From Octopus sinensis (Eukaryota): DNA of 64,000 nt. The stretch's first letter is position 1. Each line of letters starts with the position of its first letter. Positions 52,036 to 62,130 of this stretch are shown here, piece after piece. The stretch lies in assembly GCF_006345805.1 (NCBI RefSeq), contig NC_042998.1:135408001-135472000 (forward strand), written 5' to 3'. Position numbers and translations under genes: made by a program. The notes below the pieces were generated by a model, which saw only the letters and a list, made by a program, of their open reading frames with translations, did not search any database and had not been told where the DNA came from.

Positions 52036-55000
52036 TCCTCCAAGCATCGCTTGACAACCGATGCTGGTGTGTTTACGTCCCCGTAACGTAGCGGTTCGGC
52101 AAAAGAGAGCGATAGAATAAGTACTTGGCTTACAAAGAATAAGTCCTGGGGTCGATTTGCTCGACGAAAAGCGGTGCTCCAGCATGGTCACAATCAAATG
52201 ACTGAAACAAGTAAAAGAGTAGAAGAGTAACAGTTCAAGACAACATCTCGGAGAGGAATGTTTGTTGCAATATGGTGTAGATTTCATGTCCCTCAATGAA
52301 TGTTTCTACCATCACTATTTTCCGTTGATAAATGAGTAATAAAAAAATTGGCTTTGAAACCAGGGTTGTTTATATGTATGCATACTTCTCTCCCTACATA
52401 TATACATACGTACAAGTTTTAAAGTTATTGGCACATAATTGTTGGCGATTGCTATAAATAAAATTAGATAAGACTAATGAGAGCTAATTTTTGTATGAAT
52501 TTTTAATGAAATTATTATTCAAAATATTGTTACTGTATTATAATATCCTGTGAATGTCATATTCGTGTGACATTTTTATAATTATTAACGATTTAAAATT
52601 TTCGGATAATTAACCGTATCTTTAGCCATCTAATCTTCGTTTCATTTGCTTTGATCTCCGATTATCATCAGGTGTCTTTTTTATCCTGGATATGTAAACG
52701 CTACCCGATTGAATTCGAAGTAGGAACGTTTATTTACCAAACTAAGCTTAGCGACGTTCTTATCCATTACGCAACTGACGCATGTGCAATCGGAACCTAA
52801 ATATTGATTTCAAATTTTGGTACAAGGCCAGATAGTTTGGGGGAGATGGGTAAGTCGACCACATTGACCCAATGCTTAAAGGGTTAATTAGGGCGAAAGC
52901 TGACAGAATCATTGCCACGCAGGACAAAATAGTCATCGGCAGCATTTCGTCCGTCTTTTATGTTCTGAGCTCAAATTCCGCCGAGGTCGACTTTGCCTTT
53001 CATCTTTTTCCGGGTCGATAAAATAAGTGCCAGCTGAGTACTGGGGTTGATGTAATCGACTTATCCCATCCCCTGAAATTGCTGGCCTTGTGTCAAAACT
53101 TGAAGCCAATATTTAGATTTCGATTGCATTTAGTTTGGTAAATCAACGTTCCTAGTTCGAATTTAGTCGGATAGCGTGTACATATCCTGGAAATATAGTA
53201 CTTGACTGGATCTTTATTTCAACGAGCCTGAAGGGATAAAAGGCTTAGATGTCCTCGGTGGGATTCGAACTCAGAACATAGAGAGCTGGAGTTAATAATA
53301 AGTAGCTCCTCATTTTGGCAAAAGACTGGCAGCTTTAAGGGGAGGGTATTACCTAATACTATCAACTCTTGTACTTAACTGGTACTTTATTTTATTCAAA
53401 TAGAAAGGACAAAAGACAAAATTGATATTGGCGGAATTTGAACTCAGAACGTAAAGAGCCAGAAGAAATACCACAAAGCATTTTCCCAACGCTCTAATGA
53501 TAGTTTCAAACCATTGAAGGCATGTAGCTTAGTGGTTCGGGTATTTGGCTCATGATCGTAAGGTCGTGAGTTCGATACCCAGCGGCGCGTTGTGTCTTTG
53601 AACAAGGCGCTTCATTCCACTCAACTGACAAAAATGAGTCGTAATTGGAAGGGCCAGTCTTCTCACATTCTGTATCACGCTGAATCTGAGAACTACGTTA
53701 AAGGTATACGTGTCTACAGAGTGCTCAGCCACTTGCACTTTAATTTCACGAGCATGGTGTTCCGATGATCGGATCAACTGGATTCCCTGTCGTCATAAGA
53801 GACGATGTGCCAGTTTCAATCCATTACCTTTCAGATGAAGTTAATAACTGCAATTTTGAGGGGAGGGGGGTTGATCGATTAAAACAACCCGAATAGCTGA
53901 CTGGTACTTTATTTTGTTAATCCCGAGAGGATGAAAGGCAAAGTTGGCCTTAGCAGGAGTTAAATTCAGGACATAGACCTATAAAAAATACGCCAAGGTA
54001 TTATCTCGACGCTCGACGCAGTGATTCTCAACCATTTTTCATCTATGGATCCCTTTGATTACTGTCTTACTTCGGTGGATCCCCACAGTCATTCGATGTT
54101 TAAAAACAAGTTTTATAGATACTTCTTTCCAAATTTTTATTTCGTTATTCACACATTGACTTGTATAGTTTGAACAATCTAAAACGTTAGGGAAAGTAAC
54201 TGAGCTGCTTCTTGCAATAAATACATCTAAATCAAAATTTTTTCATAGACCCTTAAAATACCACCTTGCATCTCTCATTTACTATTTTGCTTGCATGGAC
54301 CCCAAAAATCTTATATGGACCCTCAGGTGTCATATGGAGCCCGGATGAGAACTACTGCTCTAACGATTCTATTAATCCACGGTCTTCGTTTCTAATAATT
54401 GCTTCTAAGGCCTGAAATTTGGAGGAGCGAGTTAATCGATGCATATCAATCATAGTACTTGACTTTAATTTGCTAGACCTCGAAAGAATGAATGGCAAAT
54501 TTGCCCTCGGCGGGATTTGAACTTGGAATGTAAAGAGTCGATAAAAAATACTGCGAGACTGTCCCAAACCCTATTACATTTATTTATTTATTTAATGTTT
54601 TCAGATTACTGTTTTTAACAACAGAAATTACAAATAAATAGATAAAAATATAAAAGAACAGCTTTTCAAATTTTTAACTGCCAAACCATTTTTAGTTTTT
54701 TAGTTTTTCGCTTTATCTATTTGGTGGGGATATTCAGAGATAACGATCTGAATAAGAATTTTATATCAAAATTACAATTTTTTTTTCAAAATTTTAATGC
54801 CGATTGCTGACGGTAATTTTCCACTTTCAAATCATGATCATAAATCGAAAGAATGCCAGCATTTAATTTTGGATGGTAGATATTTTTAAAACCAAATATA
54901 TATATATATGTTAACATAACCGTTTATTTTTAAAACTGCAATAAAATCGTGCAATATCATGTATAATGGTAATATATGATACTATACGTGATATATTACA

Positions 55001-56874
55001 AAGGTATAGGCAAATAACGTTAGTCATGATTAGAAGTGGATATTTATGATTCCGTTACTATATTTGTGATTAAAAGAGGTAAGTCAGAAGAGCACTTGAT
55101 CATATCTATTATTGAATATGCTTTAATTTCTAAATATTCTGAGTTCAAATCTCATGGAAACCAATTTCACTGTACATCTCTTTGGGACCGATAAAACAGA
55201 CAGGAGGTTATTTAGTCGAATATGACTTCTGCGATATCACTTTAGAAAATTATATCTTCTGTTTTGAGAGAGAAACTTATTGTACTTAAAGAATAATATA
55301 ATGAGCTGATGTATTCAGTATTCAGATGCATTAAAGCTTGTCGGAATAGGTATAAAAGGGAATAGGAAGCAGACATACAACTCAAGTAAAGAAAGACAGC
55401 AATAGGAGCTCAAAGCACATACATAGTACATAGGATAAAAGACAGAAAAGTGAACATTAAAAGAGCCACAAAGAGGAAAGCGTGCAAAGGTCTATCAGGA
55501 GTAATGCTGGTGAATTCCAGGAAGCATGGAAATTTTGATGGATGCAGTGTTCTGACAGCTAACAATTAATATGGGAAGTTTATTCTATGCTTCAACAATT
55601 CAGAGCGTGGAAAAATGTTTTCGAAAGTCAAGGGTGCTGCGATTTAAAAAAAAAAAGATTATGAGCATGTCCATGAGTATTAGAGGTATTGGATTAAAAA
55701 AGTTAGCCACAGTTGTGGTTGGAAAAATGGATAATATTGTGGGTGCCTTCCAGGTCAGCTGTTAAATATCGAAACTTTAGTGTGTCATTATAACTGTTTG
55801 TAGACACATGAGTGTGACCATATAATTATAGCAATATATTGATTTCAAATTTAGGCATAAGGCAAGCGATTTTGGGAGAGGGAAAGTCAATTACATCGAC
55901 CCCACTGCTCAACTGGTACTTATTTTATCAACCCCGAAAGAATGAAAGCAAAGTCGACCTCGGCGGAATTAGTATTCAGGACGTAAAGACGGACGAAATG
56001 CCGCTAAGCATTTTGTCCGGCGTACTAACGATTCTGTTAGCTCACCGCCTTACTTAAAGCAATATATTAGTTTCAAACTTTGGTAACTTCGGGTGAGAGG
56101 GCTGATTGATTACATCGACCTTAGTGTTCAACTGGTACTTATTTTATCGACCCCGAAAGGAAGAAAGGTAAAGTCGATCTCGGCGGAATTTGAACTCAGA
56201 ACATGAAGACGAACGAAATGCCGCTAAGCATTTTAGCCGGTGTGCTAGCGGTTTTGTCACTTCGCCGCTCCCTTAGTTATAGCAACATATTAAAATATGA
56301 TTTACAAGATTACATGCAATTACTTACAATGTCACTATAATATATATGGCAGAAAATAGATAAAGTAATGTAACGACTAGAACAGATGTCGCGAACCAGG
56401 GAAATTACCCCAAGTGGGATAAAAATGAAATTCTAATGAGGACTCATTAGGCATAAGTAAAATTATATAAAAAAACGTGTTCCTTGTTACGACAGAAAAT
56501 TTTCTTCTGGTACTGCTACATCTGTCCAATGTAATAAACGTGTAAATAGATTCATATAAATAAATACAATAAAATAGATTCAATAAAACTTTTAAATTCA
56601 AACTATGATTTTCTTCCTTTCAAATCAAGGTGGTAACGTCTGCGTAAATATATATATATATATAGAGAGAGAGGAGTAATTGGTTAAAGAAGTTTCTCGG
56701 CCCCTGGATTAGGTGTACATCACGTTTTACTCTTGAGATGTCAAGCAGTCGACACGGTTGATTAAACTGAAGAATCTTTAGATATACTCACCGACTAGTT
56801 CCTGGTTTGCGCCTGACTTGAGCAGATGCAGATGTAAGAAGGAAGAAAATAAAACAAACAGATAGAAGTAACAT
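21974..56874 (-). CDS. Spliced CRISP-like secreted protein (signal peptide, CAP/SCP domain, Cys-rich hinge, ShKT domain); 8 coding exons found, last exon unresolved
   Basis: Exons 56874-56792, 38619-38430, 30565-30489, 29795-29642, 26781-26663, 26436-26339, 24764-24732, 22100-21974. All internal junctions are AG/GT (donors GTAAG or GTGAG) and phases chain without a stop (2,0,2,0,2,1,1,2). The translation has CAP motifs [54 protein letters not shown], then C-rich hinge and ShKT. Confidence 0.93.
22540..22790 (-). mobile_element. Family C retroposon 3' end with (GAT)n tail; related copies at 18610-18720, 23570-23850 (+), 23900-24140 (+)
   Basis: ...gtccaacccatgctagcatggaaa(a)cggacgttaaa(c/t)gatgatgat terminus is shared by all copies. 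Confidence 0.75.
22970..23548 (-). mobile_element. SINE family A head with alternative tail type 2 ((GAT)n-ended); second copy at 27312-27740 (+)
   Basis: Family A head, then microsatellite, then ..cttggaaac..gggttggtgacaag..aaatctgcctc..gacccatgcaag..gatgatgat. Confidence 0.75.
24732..24764 (-). CDS. CRISP-like coding micro-exon 7 (33 bp): (K)[10 protein letters not shown]
   Basis: Acceptor atttccag|, donor |GTGAGT; phase 1/1 fits both neighbours; two cysteines. Confidence 0.8.
24843..25382 (-). mobile_element. ~550-bp (ATT)n-bounded element, copy 2
   Basis: Same termini as copy 1 (gtgagag.. / ..agggcatttattatt). Confidence 0.85.
25400..26005 (+). mobile_element. Three tandem SINE family B copies separated by (AAT)n/(ATT)n
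   Basis: Core ctttgcctttcatcctt..gg..gataaaataagtaccag repeated at ~25410, ~25655 and ~25895. Confidence 0.75.
26339..26436 (-). CDS. CRISP-like coding exon 6: [32 protein letters not shown]
   Basis: Acceptor ttttctcag|, donor |GTAAGT; 98 bp; GNY plus four-cysteine hinge. Confidence 0.93.
26663..26781 (-). CDS. CRISP-like coding exon 5: [39 protein letters not shown](P)
   Basis: Acceptor tttattgcag|, donor |GTAAGG; 119 bp; W..T.KVGC and YVC.Y.P CAP signature motifs. Confidence 0.95.
27815..29216 (-). mobile_element. SINE family A split by an insertion (body 27815-28164, head 29181-29216)
   Basis: Removing 28165-29180 and one TSD copy restores catgtggttgGGAAGCAAGCTTCTTaccacatagttactcctgcatg, the family A head. 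Confidence 0.88.
28165..29180 (-). mobile_element. 5'-truncated retroposed element encoding only a gag/ORF1-like CCHC zinc-knuckle protein plus a 3'UTR; 15-bp TSD
   Basis: TSD GGAAGCAAGCTTCTT at 28150-28164 and 29181-29195; [14 protein letters not shown] knuckle; reading frame continues through two frameshifts to ~28487; AATAAA at the 3' junction; no RT or endonuclease motifs. Confidence 0.88.
29642..29795 (-). CDS. CRISP-like coding exon 4: [51 protein letters not shown]
   Basis: Acceptor tttatttcag|, donor CAG|GTAAGG; 154 bp = 1+51 codons; GENL-like and CGHYTQ-like motifs. Confidence 0.93.
30489..30565 (-). CDS. CRISP-like coding exon 3: [25 protein letters not shown]
   Basis: Acceptor ttttgtag|, donor |GTAAGT; 77 bp; WDxxLAxxAQxxAxxCxF CAP motif. 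Confidence 0.93.
32101..32727. mobile_element. Non-autonomous DNA transposon, copy 1 (short TIR gg(a/t)..ggtttggctgccagc)
   Basis: Ends ggatctagttagtttggctgccagc and gctggcagctaaaccaattaggtcc; TA-rich flanks. Confidence 0.7.
33645..34600. mobile_element. Non-autonomous DNA transposon, copy 2, same family, opposite orientation
   Basis: Its left ~100 bp is the reverse complement of the right end of copy 1, and its right ~60 bp is the reverse complement of the left end of copy 1. Confidence 0.7.
34778..35332 (-). mobile_element. Non-coding RTE-derived bipartite element (5'UTR-like part + RTE 3' tail)
   Basis: 3' end ..caatggtcatactcgataacgcgggggcagccacc(atgt)n resembles RTE tails; ctaggagaaggtaactc resembles RTE 5'UTR motifs (from recall); several perfect hairpins; no ORF. 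Confidence 0.6.
35708..36141 (-). mobile_element. SINE family A, full length (further copies at 24160-24325, 37880-38205, 40000-40125, 51781-52268, 61470-61680)
   Basis: Head, internal (CA)n and tail type 1. Confidence 0.85.
36794..36952. mobile_element. Fold-back element related to 16661-16920, with degenerate hammerhead cores in both arms
   Basis: Arms ~75 bp around a ggtcatta loop; CTGACGA at 36883-36889 (+) and 36865-36859 (-); GAAAC is mutated to GGAAC / AAAAC. Confidence 0.75.
38430..38619 (-). CDS. CRISP-like coding exon 2: [63 protein letters not shown]
   Basis: Acceptor ttttacag|, donor ATG|GTAAGA; 190 bp = 1+63 codons; contains the HNxxR-like and ANM-like CAP start. Confidence 0.92.
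39061..39353. mobile_element. Fold-back of two 133-bp hammerhead-bearing PLE-type terminal repeats, 27-bp spacer
   Basis: 39061-39193 vs 39221-39353; 3 mismatches; (TA)n on the right flank and ~120 bp to the left. Confidence 0.92.
39235..39323 (+). ncRNA. Type I hammerhead ribozyme with intact core (predicted cleavage after GUA, 39317)
   Basis: Stem I tttcgg/ccgaga; CTGACGA 39242-39248; stem II GTACGAG/CTCGTAC, extendable with catct/agatg; GAAAC 39306-39310; palindromic AATT loop; GTA 39315-39317. Confidence 0.85.
40243..40452 (-). mobile_element. SINE family B (further copies at 43005-43212 -, 43711-43932 +, 43940-44022 +, 46855-46980 +)
   Basis: Family B core and tail. Confidence 0.8.
40462..40625 (+). 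mobile_element. 3' end of an R4/Dong-like LINE (different subfamily from the adjacent copy)
   Basis: [19 protein letters not shown] plus a short 3'UTR, then (GAT)(AAC)n(AAT)n. Confidence 0.75.
40719..42948 (+). mobile_element. 5'-truncated R4/Dong-clade LINE (RT + CCHC + restriction-like endonuclease), pseudogenised
   Basis: [81 protein letters not shown]; several stops and frameshifts; (AAT)n on both flanks. Confidence 0.93.
45865..46807 (-). mobile_element. Non-autonomous Helitron
   Basis: Minus strand: A|TCTCTATAATA ... cctgtgaccc-aac-gggtcacgggt hairpin-agt-CTAG|T; no TSD. Confidence 0.85.
49690..50895 (+). mobile_element. Penelope-like element (Poseidon-type GIY-YIG remnant) with 5' inverted terminal repeat
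   Basis: [54 protein letters not shown]; 49690-50070 is the reverse complement of ~50590-50895. Confidence 0.9.
50799..50844 (+). ncRNA. Minimal type I hammerhead ribozyme (PLE type)
   Basis: gacac-CTGATGA-a-ggctg(gaggttatat)cagcc-GAAAC-GTT-gtgtt; stem III is the palindrome ACGT and can only form in a dimer. Confidence 0.7.
52686..53190. repeat. Old fold-back centred on a SINE B; the left part is also a direct duplicate of 51640-51780
   Basis: cctggatatgtaaacgctacccgattgaattcgaagtaggaacg..accaaactaa vs its reverse complement at 53125-53190; the SINE tail and flank are also inverted. Confidence 0.8.
54019..54357. mobile_element. hAT-type MITE inserted in a SINE B (half copy at ~61855-61895)
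   Basis: TIRs cagtgattctcaacc / ggatgagaactactg; degenerate TSD gctcgacg / ctctaacg. Confidence 0.75.
56792..56874 (-). CDS. CRISP-like coding exon 1: [27 protein letters not shown](R), signal peptide
   Basis: ATG at 56874, hydrophobic core and ASA cleavage motif; donor CG|GTGAGT, phase 2, matches the next exon. Confidence 0.85.
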
Positions 56875-57625
56875 CGTTGTTTTCTTGATTGTGAAACAGT
56901 AAACTTTTCTTCAGATAAATGACAAGAATACTCTTGTAGTACTAGACGTGAACTATGTTGGCCAGTGTTGCTACTTGTAGTAATTTTGCAGTTGAAGACG
57001 AAAAGAATTATATGTCCAATAAATTTTGGACAAGTGTGGGCAAAGGAAATAGTCGATAACCGAGAGTGCCACCACCCTGCCTACTGCATGCGGAAATACT
57101 AAAATGCCAGTGGACGGCTATAGCACCTCTGCACACTCCTCAACCAAATGAAACGATGTGTTTGTTCTGTGGTGTTCAGCAAGCAGATGGATTTAACAAT
57201 TATGTCAAATACGTGCAGCTTACCAACGAAAGACACACACAACTTTCACTTTATTATTATTTTTTTTTAACGAAAAGAAAATTAACTTTTTATGTATGTA
57301 TATATTTTGTTTTTATTGCAGGTCGAATGTCAACAATGTACAAAGGTACAGATAAAACGACTGTTTACTCAAACTATTTGTTATTTCTTCAAATCTTTTG
57401 TGAGATTCACGTCTAAATAATACTAAGCTGTGCCACGCTGATTCCTTCCTGCTTTCTTTTGTTTGGTGGATCTATTAAAAGTAAACAATTTGTCGAAGAC
57501 AGTTTCCTCGACAGCTGGTTTACTCCACAAGATTCGTAATAGCTTAAATAAAGACTTAAAGCTCGTCATCCAAAAGTAAGGCTGAAGGCCGTGCATTTGT
57601 CATCATAGGTTCCAGCACGTCTTAC

Positions 57626-57653
57626 CTGAAGTCATACGATTGTATAGCTAGGC
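57626..57653 (-). other. Candidate 28-bp 5'UTR exon of the CRISP-like gene
   Basis: tttaaatacag| acceptor and CAG|GTAAGA donor about 750 bp upstream of the ATG; no independent support. Confidence 0.3.
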
Positions 57654-58329
57654 CTGTATTTAAAGAGACGCATATTAAAAGCACACTTTTAAAGTACATT
57701 TATTTAGAAACTCTTTTATTACTACTCCAGCAAGTATGGTAATCTTTATGCTTCGTTGCTGAGGTCTAATGAGACCGAAACATGTCTTCAGTTCTCTCCC
57801 ATACTTGCCAAATCATGAAAATAATTTTAATCATTGAGCTAACTATTTCTAATCGGATTTTCAATGTTCACTTTATTAAATATATTAACTCTAACTTCAA
57901 GTTACAAATAAAAGTCATATGTTGTAGTGTACATGAGAACTATATACAATAAGCTCGTCGTTTTTAATGCATTGTTACAAGCATTTTCAAATTAAAGAAG
58001 TTCGATACTATTGTATATCGTATCTTTACCATCAACCATCTTTCTTCTTATTAAATATGTAATTATGACTGTTCTTCGTGTTTCCATCTAACTTCCCATT
58101 CCTTAACCTTTTAATCTCTAAAACAATTCATCACTCAATACATTCGAATAACCAAGTGTCTGTTTAACCTGGACCTTAACCTTGAAGAAACAGTCAATCT
58201 GATAGGCCGTGAAGCCATTGTTTGTGTCTAATGTGATCAGAATCATTTTCTGAAGTGGCGTGTTTAACCTGGATATTCGCTATCGCCAATTGGTTCGTTG
58301 CAGCAAATGTTTGATCGACATTGCAGTCA

Positions 58330-59150
58330 AAATAGTCACTATCATTCTAAAAGAATTTTAATACGAGTGTGGTCAACGCTCACAACGAATTCAGTGTAGT
58401 TTTCGTCAGCTATACAAATCAAATTTTCACGATGAGAAGGGTTTTTGAACGTCAGAGCTAACTGCAAACCAACACTTGCACTGTGGACTTTGCAACAGCT
58501 TTTGATTCTGTCGATTGCAATGCATTACGGGATATCATGAGTACAAATGGTTTACCTGTGAAGCTACTGAAGCTAATTCTAGAGTATATCAGAATTTTAC
58601 GTGAGTAAAGGTATGTTGTTACATCGAGTAATTTGACCCGGTCGAAATTTACTTTGGTGTTCTATTTCAAACGTTTTTCACATATGTCATCGACAAGATT
58701 GCAGAGTGTGCTCAGACTCAAGTGGATTTCCTGGTTGCTATTATGAGACGAGACTTCACCCGCTTTGATCCCAACTATGCTGATGTCCAGTCAGAAACTT
58801 AAAACTTCAGTTTGTGCGTGTCATGTGTCAGTAGGAAAAAATCAGTGTAGCCAAGAGAAAGACTGTATTCGCTAGCATCTCGCTCTCTGAGAAGGTCTAC
58901 AGTTATAGGCAATGCTGAGATTCTAAAAGAGGTCGATCCATTCAAGAACACTGATGCTGGCTTTACTGTCACAGGCCAGGGTAAAGGTGAGCTAAATGTA
59001 AGCATCAATCATGCATCTGGGGTACTTTGTTGTCTTGAAACCTGGATTGATCTAGTTCGGAGAACAAGTAGCCACAACAACTCGCATTTAGTGAGACTTC
59101 ATTCAGACCATCCTACTGCAAGGTGGTGAGACATGAACAATGACAGCGGT
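58330..59150 (+). mobile_element. Highly degraded RTE-clade reverse transcriptase
   Basis: QIFTMRRVFE, VDFATAFDSVD, GLPVKLLKLI, FTYVIDKI, PNYAD(D), LKEVDPFK, GQGKGELNVSINHA remnants in order. Confidence 0.7.
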
Positions 59151-59173
59151 GGTCATGCGCAAGTTGGACGTAT

Positions 59174-59399
59174 TTAACCTCTCAGCATTCAGATTACTAT
59201 CAAATATAATGCTTATTTATTCACATAATTTTGAATTAATCATGGATTATTTTGTAGCTTTGAGATTTTAATAATGAGATTGTTTAATTTTAAAATGACA
59301 TTGTAGGGTAGGTGTAAGAAGCCAGATCTGGCTGGTGTGAGCATAAAGCAAGCAGAATATTTGAGCCCGATATAGTTGGTTTAAACGCTAATGAGTTAA
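59174..59399. mobile_element. piggyBac-type MITE with TTAA duplication
   Basis: TTAA|cctctcagcatt ... aacgctaatgag|TTAA. Confidence 0.75.
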
Positions 59400-60015
59400 T
59401 CACTTTTGCTTTCGCAGAATCTTCCTTGTTTACATTTTGGATTTTGAGTCCAACCCCAAGGTTCCTCGTCGTTACCGGATTGCTTTCCTTAAATAATTCT
59501 TGCTCAAAGCTTAGGCACACAAGGACATTGCCTGGTGGCTGTGGTGGGATAGGAGCTCACATGTCTAGGAGCCGGATTCTGATCTATGTAACATGTTGTC
59601 AATAAATACTGTAAGTTCCCTGGGGCCTATGATGATGCGAATACGGCCTTGGGCCTGTCTCATCCTGAGTGACTGCCGACACAAGTACTAATACAAGTAT
59701 TCTTTTTCTACAATTCTTCGATCAGAATTCAGCCACTGAGAACACAGAACTTTATATCACTAGATGGCAGATCATAAAATATCAATCAATACCGTTCAGT
59801 CAAAAATTAAGTTACAATAGTCAACATGACTCATCAGGGTTATCAATCTTTTTGTCACAAGGTGATAGGTCATACTGGTCAAACACCACCGATTCAAAGT
59901 TTTCAGCAAAAATATTGTTATTTTAATAAACAGGGTTAAGACGTGTGCGCGCGCGCGCGTGTGTCAATGACGTTAACACAAAATATGATACATTCATATA
60001 TATTGAGAGCGCACA

Positions 60016-60084
<69 letters not shown>

Positions 60085-60625
60085 GGTGATTGTGCTAAGA
60101 AGTCGTCATATTTTACACCATCAGTTGCTGGTTGTCCCTGGATGCTTTTAACAGAGCTCCCTCGTGGGTCTTTGAATTCCTCTCCGCCTACGTTTTTCCT
60201 GCACATATTCAATTTGGATATTAGCGTCATTAATTTCACCAACTTGAGAGGTACTACAGCAGTCGTGTCAAACTTGCGATCTACGGATCGAATTCGGCCT
60301 GTAGCTCTCGGCTCAATTTTATAAAAAAAACTTACTATTCCTATTTTTATAATTTTAAAATATTCCGTCCAGAGTTGGAATCTGAACAGAATCGTGATTA
60401 ACACCGGTTCTGTTAAGTAAAATCAGTGCATTTTAAGGAATTTTTTGTTATCTCAACCATTGAAAAAAACCAAAGTTATGAATCTATACACTAAAGACTT
60501 ACTTTCCCTTCACTTTGTCTATACATGCCGAGTCAAACGCATGTTTCTTTGTGTTTTAAATTTACGCACGTGAATGGGTTGTAATACGAGTGACATTGAA
60601 AGTTTTGCATCTGAAACAGTGCAAG

Positions 60626-60667
<42 letters not shown>

Positions 60668-61969
60668 CAAGTATTGATCTTCTCAGGAATTGTATGTATT
60701 CGGATAATTTGTAAGTGTTCTTCCTCCAAGAAAACTTAACTGGACTGTTTGAAACATGAACTGTAAATAATGATGATGATGATAAGATCATTTTATTGTC
60801 AACAACACAAATGACAACAACGCTTTATCTTCTTAGTCAGATGAAAGGTAAGGGATCGCACCATTAGATACGTCACTCCTGACGGCAACTAAACTTACCA
60901 AACTCTTTTTGGAATTCCCTTATGGACTAACTGTTGCAGTCTCACCAGCAACTATTTTCTCGCATTCCGAATTTTACATTAAGGATTAGATTTATTGTTA
61001 CACAACAATTAAGATATCACTGTTAGGTTCAAGTCCTACTTAGGCAATGTCAGCCAACAAAGTAACGATAATATATTGATTTCAAATTTTGGCACCAAAC
61101 CAGCAATTTCGGGGGCGGGGATTAATCAATTACATCGACCAAGTGTTTAACTGGTACTTATTTTATCGACCTCGAAAGGATGAAAGGCAAAATCAACCTC
61201 GGCGACATTTGAAATCAGAACGTAAAGACGGACGAAATGCCGCTAAGCATTTTGCCCAGCGTGCTAACGATTCTGCCAGCTCACCGCCTTAAGTAGCGAT
61301 AATGTCTTGGTATAACACTTCAGTCATTTGTAAAATACTGTATTTTTATGCCATTATCAAGTATTCGGGTTATTACTCTTCTGTTTCATCATACCAGCTA
61401 TGTCGAAAGCCAGCAGGTGACCAGTTAAACAAAATAGAAATTTTAATTGCCAAATATTCTATCTTTTATTTGTATCAGTATGTAGCTATGCTGGGGTACC
61501 GCCTTGGAAAATTTTTAGTCGAATACATCAATCGCAGTACTTATTTTTAAAAAGCATGGTATTTGTTCTATCGGTGTCTTTTGCCGAACCGCTACGTTAC
61601 GGGGACGTAAACACACCAGCATCGGTTGTCAAGCGGTGGTGGTGTGGACAAACATTGACACAAATACACACACACACACTTTTACTCGGATGGACTCCCA
61701 TGGCCACTTAATGTTTAAACAATGCTATATTTTTATTAATTAAATATTATGAATTGTATATATAAAAAAATAGGTTGTTAGAATATTTTATGTATAGTAG
61801 CAGTATAAGCAATTTATTGCACATAAATTTTAAAAACGAAATCTTACATGAAATGTTAAGGGTCATATGGACCTCGGATGAGAACAACCGTTTTCGACCG
61901 ACACCCCAGAACATTACCACAACGAAGTATATCCCTACTACAACTACCCCAGAATATTAGAGGGCTTCT

Positions 61970-62120
61970 ACGTGGTCGCTTGACTTCTCAGAAATGAGAG
62001 CCTAATTTCTCTCAAATGACACTGTACTGTTGGATAATGCAGTTGCAGTAGATGCATTCTAAAAATGACGGGATGGTCATGATTGGAACTTTGATTATAG
62101 GTCTGCTCAATCAAGGCAAG
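61970..62120. mobile_element. Family E interspersed repeat immediately after the HDHD3 stop codon (related pieces at 19960-20100 and 50930-51135)
   Basis: Shared ..cagccaaat..tcaaat.acac..ctactg..ggatggtcatg..tggaa..tttga.catagg(t)ctg. Confidence 0.6.
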
Positions 62121-62130
62121 CCATGATTAT

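Noticed and set aside
52630-52680. CTGATGA...GAAAC hammerhead-like motif (also 51630-51670)
   Set aside because: Stem II does not pair next to GAAA and there is no stem I partner, so it is not called a ribozyme.
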